Below are positions 33,022-53,584 of a stretch of DNA of 64,000 nucleotides, in pieces; the first letter of the stretch is position 1, and each line of letters begins with the position of its first letter. Both the position numbers and the translations under genes were made by a program. This DNA comes from the human T2T-CHM13v2.0 reference genome, Homo sapiens. The stretch lies in the NCBI RefSeq assembly GCF_009914755.1, contig NC_060933.1. One strand, written 5' to 3'. Under the pieces are notes generated by a model. That model saw only the letters and a program-made list of their open reading frames with translations, was not told the origin of the DNA and searched no databases.

Positions 33022-33953
33022 TGACATTTTGGTATCTTTCATCTGACCATCCATATCCAATGTTCTCATTTAAACATTACCCAGCATCATTGTTTATAAT
33101 CAGAAACTCTGGTCCTCCTGTCTGGTGGCACTTAGAGTCTTTTGTGCCATAATGCAGCAGTATGGAGGGAGGATTTTATGGGGAAATGGGGATAGTCTTC
33201 ATGACCACAAATAAATAAATAAAGGAAAACTAAGCTGCATTGTGGGTTTTGAAAAGGTTATTATACTTCTTAACAATTCTTTTTTTCAGGGACTTTTCTA
33301 GCAGTATGACTGTTACTTGACCTTCTTTTAAAAGCATTCCCAAAATGCTCTATTTTAGATAGATTAACATTAACCAACATAATTTTTTTTAGATCGAGTC
33401 AGCATAAATTTCTAAGTCAGCCTCTAGTCGTGTTTCATCTCTTTCACCTGCATTTTATTTGCTGTTTGTCTGAAGAAAGGAAAGAGGAAAGCAAATACGA
33501 ATTGTACTATTTGTACCAAATCTTTGGGATTCATTGGCAAATAATTTCAGTGTGGTGTATTATTAAATAAAAAAAAAACTTTGTTTCCTAGGTTGAAGGT
33601 CTAATTGATACGTTTGACTTATGATGACCGTTTATGCACTTTCAAATGAATTTGCTTTCAAAATAAATGAAGAGCAGCTGTCCTTCTTTCCTCTTTTAAG
33701 TGTTCAGCTGTGGCATGCTCAGAGGTTCCTGCTGGATTCCAGCTGGAGCAGTGTGATACCCTTCTTTTTCAGCTGTTCGTGCCTTCCTTTCTTGTATCCA
33801 CCAAAGTGGAGACAAAAACATGATCTCAAAGATACACAGTACCTACTTAATTCCAGCTGATGGGAGACCAAAGAATTTGCAAGTGGATGGTTTGGTATCA
33901 CTGTAAATAAAAAGAGGGCCTGGGAATTCTTGCGATTCCAAAAAAAAAAAAAA
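33022..33953 (+). pseudogene. Processed retrocopy consisting only of an mRNA 3'UTR plus polyA (parent not certain; possibly TPM4)
   Basis: AATAAA 33906-33911, polyA from 33940, TSD aagaaaaacatc at 33010-33021 and 33954-33965; non-repeat AT-rich sequence. Confidence 0.8.
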
Positions 33954-35337
33954 AAGAAAAACATCATGAAATTGCATATTAGAAATGAAATCTTGTATTC
34001 CAAGCACAACATGAGAAAGCAGCAAGAATCTATGGCAAAAGCTGTTCTTGTTCACAGCTGCTGGAGTTATGAGCAATAGCCTTTCAGCATAGCTCTCAAG
34101 GATCCAAGCGGTCTGAATAATTAAACCTGGGTCCCCACACGGCCCGGCGTTTCTCTACATGCAGGTGCCATTTCTGGGTCAAATGTGAAACAGCCCTGCT
34201 GGAGAAACCCGGAGAATGACTTGGCTGCCCTCTCTGCAGGCGTCTGGAACCAAGTGGTGGTTTGGAACCTGTGCTGTAGGCTGCAGTGGTCCTCACTGTG
34301 GCCTCTGAGCAGCATCCGTCATGCGCGGCCTCCTCACTTTCTCATCACGGCCAGTGGCACCAGAACATAGTAGAGCACTTAGTTCATGCTAGTCACTTCC
34401 TAGGGTGACGTAATTGACATTCTCCCAAAATGAGTCTCCCAAAAATGACCTTAACTTGTGAAAAGAAAGTAAATTCTGCATCTCTGATCCCCACTTGTGA
34501 ACCTGGGTGTCTGGCACCTTGGGGAGGACTCAGGGCGCATAAGCGGCCTCTTCTGAGGAGGTCACGGGATGCCAGGCTGCCTGGGTCATCAGTGTGGAAA
34601 CAACTGGCCAGGAGGCCTGACCCTCAGGTACTGGGCACGCCCCTGTCTGACCAGAAATGCATCTCAAATGCTGCCCCAAACAGGAAAACCCTGTTCTTCA
34701 GTGGGAAGAACACGCACATCAGCCGGCAGGCAATTCTGGGCAAGTCTCCAGGGCACTTCTCCTGGAACCTGGCAGCCCACATAACGAGATGCAATCTCTT
34801 TGTGACAGGCCACAGAACCTCTTCTCTGTCAGAGTAAGATGGATCACTGTTCTAACAACTGAAAAACGGTCATTTATGGACTACAGAGTCAAAGAGGGAC
34901 AAAGTTCTTTCATTCCTCATGCTACCCCAAACTCAAGAATGTTAAAAATAAACTGAAGATAAGTGCTTATGCAAACATAAATAAAAATATCAAGAGAAAG
35001 TCCACATAGGATCCTATAAGGCCAATAAATAGCAACTGTGCACCAATCCAACCAACTGCCAGGCCGATCCTAGAATGTGACCGAGGACCAAGCAGGCAGC
35101 TTCTTCTACACTCATGCCAAGTGAGTGGGGATGAGAAAGGAAGGGCAGGCAGGTGAAAGCCTCGACCCCAGCACTGCTCAGCCCCTTCTCCTGAGCAGCT
35201 CTCTTCCCACTTTTCTTATTGTTTCAGATTCCATGTCAGTAGTGGCAAACCTTTACAGGATTATGAATACAAAATGCCACTGGTCTCCTGAAGATACAGC
35301 AGCAAAATGAAACATCCACAAATATGACTTAAATTGA

Positions 35338-35701
<364 letters not shown>

Positions 35702-37258
35702 TAATTGGCTTCTTATACCTTCAAGGCAAATAGCAATGTAAGTTCTTAGTTATCTTATATTTAACTAATAAAAAATGAATGCAGGGTTATTATCCAAATA
35801 AAAGCATGTGGCTCCATCATTAGCTAGAGTTTTGCTCTATTAATTTTAGACCTAGAGAGAAAGCCTGGCTGGCTGTGGGGTCAGGGCTCTTCAGAAATGC
35901 CTGCTTCTCTCTCTGCCTAGAACCGTTTCTCCATCTCATCAAATGCTTCTCTCTTTCCTCTCCCTTTGCTCTGTTACTTTATTTTATGCTGCTATAATTT
36001 AACATCGCAGGTTTTGTTTTTCATCCTTAACAAATTATACCAGCTTTATCCAAAGTGGAGCATGACTTTTTAAAAGAGATTCCATTGGCTATTATATCAT
36101 TGCTGTATGTTCTACCGCAATAAAACAAAACACTATTTGTTGCCATAGAAACAGGCCTGATTCACACTGCCTTGACCCTGATTCTGTGTAGGATCACCCT
36201 CTTCTCCTGTGCAGCTCATCCAGCAGAGGAAGGGCTGTGATTTTCACACCAGGGGCCTTAGCTTTCCCCATGAAAACGCTGTATGACACTAGGTCCTGTA
36301 CAGATTCTATGTCTGATACTTCTAACCCAATTTCTTCCTAAATAGGACTGTGGTCTTTGGATGGGGTCCAGCTATGATTTCTTTCCATCCCACTCCTCAT
36401 ACGAGCTGCCATGCTCCCCTTTGATGAGGTTGCAGGCACTTCTTCTGAGCACTCTCTGGACCCTCCAGTGCACTGGCTACGGCGTGGCCTGCTTCCTCCT
36501 CTTTCCCACTGGACCTTCTGGGACCAAGTTGCAGGACGTTAGGACAGGCCCACAGTTTCCTCTGGGTGATCTCACGGGGACCTTTAAAGGTTTTCCCCAG
36601 GCAATAGGTACTTAGCATGAGCTATATTCTCATCTCATCTATTTGCAGAGGACCCACCCAGGCAAGGCCAGGGCATCCCAGCCCAGGTAGGCCCAACCCC
36701 ATCAGGGCTGGCATCTGTGGTCTCTGACGATGGCCTGAGGAAGGTCCAGCCTCACAGTGCTCCCTTTGATGAGCCCTGGGTGGGATGCCCACGTCCCCCA
36801 GACATCAGGGGACCAGCCCTGCCCTGCCCATGAACCACTTCCAACCAGCAAGCAGACTGGGCCCCTGTGTTCCCAGCTGTTCTAAGAGATGTGCCTTAGC
36901 ATTTAAACTAGAATATTTGGAAGGGGCTTGATCATAAATTGTAATTTTCTTTTTGTGGTGAGGATGATCTTACTTATTCAATGTTTTTTAAAGGGACTAA
37001 CAGCCTCAAAAGGTATCTATGGCACAGAGAGAGAACAACTGGCAACAGCAAACAAGTCGGTGGTGGCACACGTGGCACGTGCCACGCACACCACACACAA
37101 CCCACACACCACACACAGCACACATGCCCCACACACCACACACACCCCAGATGTACTGATGATTTTAGACACTGCCCGGTTTATGGCTCCTGCCTCTGTC
37201 CTCCAGTGATTCTGTCACATAAAAACACAGGCTCCTTGTTATGCTTTTTCACAGCCGA

Positions 37259-37579
<321 letters not shown>

Positions 37580-38664
37580 TAAAATTGCAAAAAAGGGCGA
37601 AATATGACCAGTTATTAATGTCTATGGTTTTCCTTTGCTATAGGAAAAATATATATAACACCCAAACTCAGCTAACTCTATTGTAGCATTATTTTGAGGC
37701 TGTGATAACACATTTTGCATATTTTAAAATATTTCTTTATAGAAAATGAAACTCAGCTAGAAGACAATAAAATATTATTAATTCCAAGTTCTTGCAAGGT
37801 TCAAGTTCTGTATTCCAAGGCAGTCAATCCTGGGAACACGTCACACTGCCCAGCCTACCCCTGAGCCTGCACCAGCGAGAGGGTACAGTTCCAACGAGCG
37901 GAGTGGTGGGTCGAGGGCTCGGAATGGGAGTGAGGACAGAGCGGGAGTTGGTTACAACGAGCAACGCGGGTCCATATGACTGAGACTCTGTGGGTTCGTG
38001 CTTCACTGACACCATCTCAGGCATTTGCTTAAAGGGACTTTATGAGCAGAGGACAGAATTGAAAATAAAATGGCAATTCCCATACCCTCCATCTGGGGCT
38101 TTATCAGACTCTGCTGGTGTGAGAAATCCAGTGGACACCAACATGGGGGCCCCTGGTCACAGAACCCCTCCTCCCCTAATTAACTCTGGCTCTTCTGTTT
38201 TCAGCGGCTCTTCTTGATAGCTCACCTTCCACGTGCATCATTTCTGAACTCAAAGGGCAAAGAGAGGGCAAGATGTGGCCGCACACATGGAGTCTAACTG
38301 GGGCAGGGAAGTCCGGACCTTCCAGAGTCTATCTCAGGGCCCTTCTCAGACACGCTCCACGGGCCACACAAACCCAGGCTGTGCCCGCTGATGCTGTCAG
38401 ACCATCGGTCCCTCTCCCAGCAACAACAGGCCCCTCCTGTGAGCCAACACCATCTGTCCCTCTGTTTGATACGGAAAGCAGTGTTGGCTCAGGGACCTAC
38501 TTTGTGAAAAGCTAGGGCAGACCCCTGGCAAGTCTCTCCTTAAAATAGCCCCCGGAGAACCCCCTCTAATCAATTCCGTGTTTTGTGGGCGGTGTTTTGT
38601 AGAACTCCACCCTTCACTGTGCTGCGGTTGTTCTCTGGACCACTCCTATTTCATCAGTGTTATT

Positions 38665-39435
<771 letters not shown>

Positions 39436-39847
39436 TATTACATAAGACTTTAAGCATATAAAACCTTAAGGTCTTATGTAAGACCACCTATTTCACTATC
39501 TTTATATAATACCTGAAGTATTTCGTATTTTTAACATATGATTTATAGTCATTTGGAATGAGGGTTAATGTTCCTAAAATTTACATGTTCATCTTTAAAA
39601 GTATTTGTCTTCCAGGGTCATAACCAAATACTGAGGTAAGAATAATGACCAGAATAACCTTCCTCAGTCCCTCTAACTCTGCTTACAAGCTCGCAAGCTA
39701 CAGTACTGGAGCTGTAACTCCTCCCCACTGGCCAAATTTACAACATGGGTGTCTGTTATTCAGCAATGAAAAGCTCCCCAGATCCAGGATGCAACAGTCG
39801 CTTTCATGCTGCGTCTCTGCAGTCAAAGTGCCTTCCCACCCCGTTAC

Positions 39848-39937
39848 CTGCTTTCGTTCCTCAGAGTTGAGCAGGAGATAGCGTGGGTCAAACACGATTT
39901 TGTGTAATTCTTTCTCCCAGGTAGAAAATGCTGATAC
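39848..39937 (-). pseudogene. TCERG1L: Duplicated TCERG1L exon (FF domain), 90 nt
   Basis: ctttag|[30 protein letters not shown]|gtaacg; splices in frame to 32991. Symbol is the parent gene. Confidence 0.88.
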
Positions 39938-40384
39938 CTAAAGAAAGATATTCAATAGAGTGGCTGTTAGCATCTAATGCTAAGCCTGAAGCTGCACTGA
40001 AATGATCCACAGTTAAAAACAAGTGAACAACAAAAACCATCATTAAAGTACAATAGATTCAGTGATGTGGTGCAGTATAAGTGTTAGACATGTCAGACGT
40101 TCCAAGAAAATCAATACCTAGAACATCAGAAAATTTAATTTCTAGACTTGTGACTATTTCTTTCTTGGGTATCTTTCAGGGCTGTCTCTCCCGATCTGAA
40201 ACCCCAATTATACCTGTGAAGGCATGGCATTCTGGAACACCCCATTTCAAAAGGAGAAATTATATTTGTAAAAATTTTCAGAACCCCTACAGACCATAAC
40301 AAAGAGTAATGTCTTGAAAACAGGCTGAGTTTAGTTGATTTGTAATCAAAGTTTAACCTCTTTTAGGTAGGTCATTTTTAAAAT

Positions 40385-41450
40385 AAATTATTTTGTTTGC
40401 AATAGTTTTACATGTACTAAAAATTTGCAAGAATATTACAGAAAGTTATCATATACTCATACCCAATTTCTCACGTTGTTAACATATTAGTAGGCTAGAT
40501 TCGTCACCACTAACACTGATACATTATTACTAACAATAGTCTGCATTTATTCAGATTTCTTTAGGTTTTACCCAATTTTCTGTTTTTGCCCAGGACCCCA
40601 TCACATTTGGCTGCCATATCTCCTTGGACTCCTCTTGGCTGTGACAGGGTCTCAGACGGCCCTTGCCGTTGATGACCTTGATGGTTTGAAGAGCCCTAAT
40701 CAGGTGCATTGCAGGACGCTCCTCAGTTGGGATTTGTCTGAGGCTTTCCTCGTAAATAGCCTGGGGTTATGGGTTTTGGGAGGAAGACCACACAGATAAA
40801 TGCCATTCTCATCATGTCATAACAAGGGTACACACGCTGCTGACATGACTCTTCACTGACAGTGGTGGCTGTAGTCGGCTGGCTGAGGTCTCCCCACTGT
40901 GAAGTCCCCCTCTCCATGCTGTACTCTCTGGAAGGACGTCGCCATGCACAGCCCACACTTAGGGGTATGGGTTGTGCTCCACTTCCGAGGAGGAGAAGTA
41001 GCTACATGAGTGACTGGGAAATGTCCTGGGGGGGATACTCATCCATGCCTCCACATTACTTATGTACTCAATCTTTTATTTATATTGCTATGGACTCATG
41101 GATACTCAGCCCATGCTCGGGCTGGACTCCAGTGTGACTTTGCTTCTTTTCCTGCTCAGCTTCTTCGAGGTTGGCCTTGGTGAGCTCCCGTGGTGGGTTC
41201 CCAGCTCCTGTGTGCCTCTGACAGGTGCTCATCACTTGGCTTTTTGGGCATCTCCTTAATTTCTGCTACTAAAGATGCTCCTGGCTTATCTTCTGCATGT
41301 CCTGCCTTTGCCCTTGAATCAGTCAATTCTCCAAGAAGCTCTGGCTCCTTTCCTAGAACAGTGTTAGAAACCAAGATCTGGGCACTGGTGTGTTCATTGC
41401 TAGTGAGGTGTTGTTGCTTCTAGACTCTCTCAGCTGATAGAGCAAGGGAA
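40385..41450 (-). mobile_element. Old L1 (L1MC/ME-like) 3' fragment
   Basis: gttaacatattag...cactgatacattattactaac...aaaccaagatctgggcactgg motifs. Confidence 0.55.
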
Positions 41451-42295
41451 TGTTTAAGCCATTTAGAACATAAATGCATTCATTTAAAAACATGGACTAT
41501 GTATTCACTGTGCCTTGGGCCCCAAGCTGGGTGTTGAGGATCTTGAGAAAATAAATCAAGGAAGCCCATGGTCTAGGGTAGTGCTGGTGAGGAGATAACA
41601 GACTCTTGAGATGGCACTAGGGCCATGGCGGAGACAGACCTGGACACTAGTGGGACCCAGCAAAGACCCACAGCAGCCTGGGGAGGCGGCTTCCAGAGTG
41701 CTGCGACTTTGGAACATGAATACTCCTCAGGGTTCACAAACGAGCCTGGGGGGTATTCCAGGACCAGCTGGTAGGGGGGCAAAGGTTGGGTCATGAACTA
41801 TGGGGAATGCAAGAATTGCAAGAGGTTGAACATGCCTGGGGGTGCAGAGACAGAGGCTGAGGTGCAGGGCAGTCTGAGACATGGTTAGGAGCCTGGGCAT
41901 TCTCTTGAGAGACAGGGGAGAAGAAAATTCAGATGGAGCGTTCATTTCAGGAAGGCCACCCTGGGATCTGGGCAGGAGATGAATACCTGGCAGGGTCAGG
42001 GAAGGGAAGGTAATTGAAAGTTTACAAAAACAAAACCCCATTCACATTCTTAAAGTATTCTTCATAGAGGTACTATTTCAATAAACACATGCTTTATTTG
42101 TATATTATAACAGATGAATTTTCTTCACTGGCAATTTCTATCTTTAACTGTCAAATTTAAGCCTTTTCTGTAATACCCATGAGCTCTTTTATTGGGTGGG
42201 ATGACCCAGGGTCCAGCCAGGGATTCTCCTCCACAGAGTGAGAACACGGTGAAGCATAGCTGGGACTCAGGGCGAGGTGGCGATTCAGGGGGGTT

Positions 42296-42407
42296 TCCAG
42301 GCAGAATGGATCCGTTTAGCTTCGACTGAGTGCACCTGCCCCCAGGAGCGGGTCTCCAGGCAGAATGGATCCCTTTAGCTTTGACTAGTGCACCTGCCCC
42401 CGGGAGC
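42296..42407. repeat. Two-copy ~59-bp tandem repeat
   Basis: tccaggcagaatggatcc(g/c)tttagctt(c/t)gact...gtgcacctgccccc(a/g)ggagc twice. Confidence 0.85.
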
Positions 42408-42974
42408 ATCTGGGGCTGTTAGAGAAGCTGTGGGCAGCCTCCACTCAGCCCAATCAGATGGCACACACCCACCTCATGGGGACCTGTGCACAGCTGGATG
42501 GTCCCAGCTCTGCAGGGCGAGAGGATTAGACCCTGTGTGGCATAACGACACCAGTTTCTGGAAAATGTTGGAGTTCTAGAAGTATAATAAAATAATTTTT
42601 CAATTAATGATGTGTAGTTTTTGCCCCCGAAGGGATTTATAATCTCTATAGAAGGTCAGATAAGCCATCTCTACAATGATTACAACTCATAATGATAAAA
42701 CCAACTGTGTCATGTCAGGGACAGTTCAGGGAAGGGTGAGAGCACAGTGGCTGGGACCCAGGATGGAGGTGGGGGCTGAAGTGAAGGCTGCACAGCCATG
42801 TGTGAAACAGGGTCTTTCCCTGACCTCCAGGTGGGCGCAGGACTTCTCCCAAAGGGTCCTGACAGCTATGGGGACGAGGAGTCCTATGAACTGCTCCTGA
42901 GGGAAGCCCGTCGTTCCCGAGCCTGTGTGAAACACTTATGATGCCCAGAGAGTACATTCCATGGGGCCACGATT

Positions 42975-43180
42975 GCACACGTGTGTGTGACTATACACAC
43001 ACACATAAGCACACACACCACACATACAAACATTCACAGAGGCGCATGTACACATGCAAACACATGAACACACCCAGGACACGCTAAGATATGCATACAC
43101 AGGCACACATGTACATAGTTGCACAAATGCATACATATGTACAAAGATGCACACATTGATACACACATGCACATGTGTGC

Positions 43181-43221
<41 letters not shown>
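42975..43221. repeat. CA-rich degenerate repeat ending in (CA)n
   Basis: Direct inspection. Confidence 0.9.
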
Positions 43222-43224
<3 letters not shown>

Positions 43225-44099
43225 CCACTACCACCACCAAGGAAGTCCAACATTGTAGAACAACCAGGGGAAGAAAGCCCGTCAACTGAGTAGACAGCAA
43301 GCTGCGTATCTCTTTTAAGTCCGTCTATGTCGTGGGACTGTTCTGTAAGTGGCCGTGGACAAACCCAGCTCTCCCTGTTTCTGGCTGGTACCTCTCCAGA
43401 ATGACTGGAATGCACTGGGAATGCAACAGACTGAGAACAATCAGGCTTTGTTTGGGCCCCGCCCCAGAAACAAGACATCCTTCAAGCTTTAGCCCAGCAT
43501 TCACAGGACCCCAGGGTATAAAACCCACTGCGGGCTGCTTTCTGGGATCCCTTGGTTACAGCAAAGGGTAGATGCGACTCCGTCCCCTCCTTGCAGCTTT
43601 CCTGGGCCTGGGGGACTGGCTTACAAGCACCTTCATCTTCTACCACCCTTGCTTCCTGTCTGCGGGGAATAAACGCACTTCAGATGATTTGCTGCTCATC
43701 TTCTACCACCCTTGCTTCCTGTCTGCAGGGAATAAACCCACATTCCCTGCCCTCCAGCACTGAATAGTATCCGTGGAGGACTAGTGGAGAATAAAGAATT
43801 TTGCTGTTGCCCAGAGATGACCAGGCCACCCCCACGTCCTGTATTGTCTGTGGAGGTCACATGCGGCCAGTAAGGAGGAATGTCTACCTCTCCCAGGCAT
43901 CGGGGTATCAATGGGCACCCCAATGGGGAGCCAGGATTGCTATCCTCACCTATGCTGTAATAAAGGCCCCCCTGTGTGTATTGATGGAGCTCAAGTGGAA
44001 AGATGGATTATACCCTCACCGAACAGTACCAAAGTGTCTTCTCCTTCACCTGCTGGAGGGATGCCAGCTAAAACCAGCCAGAACAGAAGATTCAGATCA

Positions 44100-45360
<1,261 letters not shown>

Positions 45361-45369
45361 TAAAAACCT

Positions 45370-45716
45370 TGGTTTTTCCACAACCCTTTACTGTAACCCA
45401 GACATTCTTTTCTGTTGATTCCAGCTCTTTAGATAATAACCAATTGCTAATTAGAAAATCTTTGAATCTGCTATGACCAGGAAGCCTCTGCTTCCGGTTG
45501 TCCTGCCTTTCCAGACTGAACCAATGTATATCTTACATATATTGTTTGATGTCTTATTTCTTCCTAAAAGACATAGTTTATAAACCAATTTGTAGGCTGA
45601 CTACCATGGGCACATGTCATCAGGGCCTCCTGAGGCTTGTCACAGGCATGTCCTTAGCTTTGGCAAAATAAACTCCCAAATTAATTGAGACTAGGCTCAG
45701 GTACTTTTGGTTTATA
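45370..45716 (+). mobile_element. MER4-family LTR, 3' part
   Basis: ttccagactgaaccaatgtat...tttggcaaaataaac...tacttttggtttata. Confidence 0.65.
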
Positions 45717-46654
45717 GTTTTCTCAGTAGAGGGTGCTTGGAGAACACTGCAAGGAGAAACGGGCTGTCCTGCTGCTTCTGGGGCCATAAAGTTGAGAAGT
45801 GGTATGAGGTGGGTGCTCTGCCCAGTCATGTGCCCAGAGGGGAGTCACTCAGTGACCTCAGAGCCTGGCCTGTCTCTTGCCCTCTGGACATAGACACAGC
45901 ACTCACTATTCCTCCAGTCCCGCTAATGCATTCACTTCCTTTGCTCACCTGCACCCCACCTGCACTGCAGAGGGTTGCCATTGGCACCTTCCTCCCTCTG
46001 AAAACCTGCATGCCGGGTTTCCTGCACCCCGAAGTTGCTTCCTGCCTGCCCAACTAGCAACTGAGGGCCAACTCGCCTGGGAAAATCAGCAAATGTCTCT
46101 ACCTCCCAGTGGGTTGCAACTGTACCTTCTCCAGTGAGGTCTGAACCTCAGACTTGGGGAGGGGTCCCCCTTTCAAGCTTGTCCTTCTTTGAGTACTCTA
46201 CCTCAGTCCAAAAGTACTACAGAGTTTTATTATATATTATAGTTACTCTTTTCTTTTAAATAAATTTTTAATTTTAGAAAAGCTTTAGATTTACAGAAAA
46301 GTTGCAAAGACAGTACAGATTGTTCCAATATACTCTACATCCTATGTCTGCCATTGTTTACATCTTACATTACCAACGTACGTTAGTCATAGCTAATGAA
46401 CCAACATTGGTATTATTATAGTTTACTATTAGCTAAACTCTGTATCTAATTAAAATTTCATTAGCTTTTCCCCAGTGTTCTTTTTCTGTTCCAGGATCCC
46501 ATTCAAGATACTACATTAAATTTACTCATGTCTGAAAAAAATGTCTGTGTCCTAACTCCCAGAACCTGTCAAAATGTTAGGTTACATGGCAAAAAGGAAC
46601 TACAATTTCAGATGAAATTAAGGCTGCTAATGCACTGATCTTAAAATAGGAGGG

Positions 46655-53145
<6,491 letters not shown>

Positions 53146-53584
53146 AAACACTTCCCTTAATCAATACCTCTAAACTCTATCACATCATAAACTATGCATA
53201 TACTTTCAACCCCAAAGCATCCTAAAACAACTCCTATTTAAAAATACACTTATATCCATGCTACTCACAAATATACATCCCAAGTATATGCAAGAACCCT
53301 AGAAATAAAGAATTAAAATTTCTGAAACCCACATATACATGATATTATTCTATTCTGCTGAGCAGTCTAGGAAGAAAAGAATAAAAAATAAATAAATAAG
53401 AAGGAAATAGCCCTCGTGTGCCCCACTGAGGGGGAGGGGTGGGCCGGAGGTGTGGGTGGAGGGTTTGCAGTTCCATTGCAGCAAGGGCTCCTGTGTCCCT
53501 GTGCAGAAATGTCACATGGAGTCCTGTCATGTCACATGAGAGCGCAGCACACAGACACTCACAAAGAGAGGGGAAATACACGGT

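Noticed and set aside
33621-33860. 79-aa ORF inside the retrocopy
   Set aside because: Lies in 3'UTR-derived sequence with no recognisable domain
43633-43737. CRISPR-like repeat-spacer-repeat
   Set aside because: Only two copies in eukaryotic DNA and no cas genes
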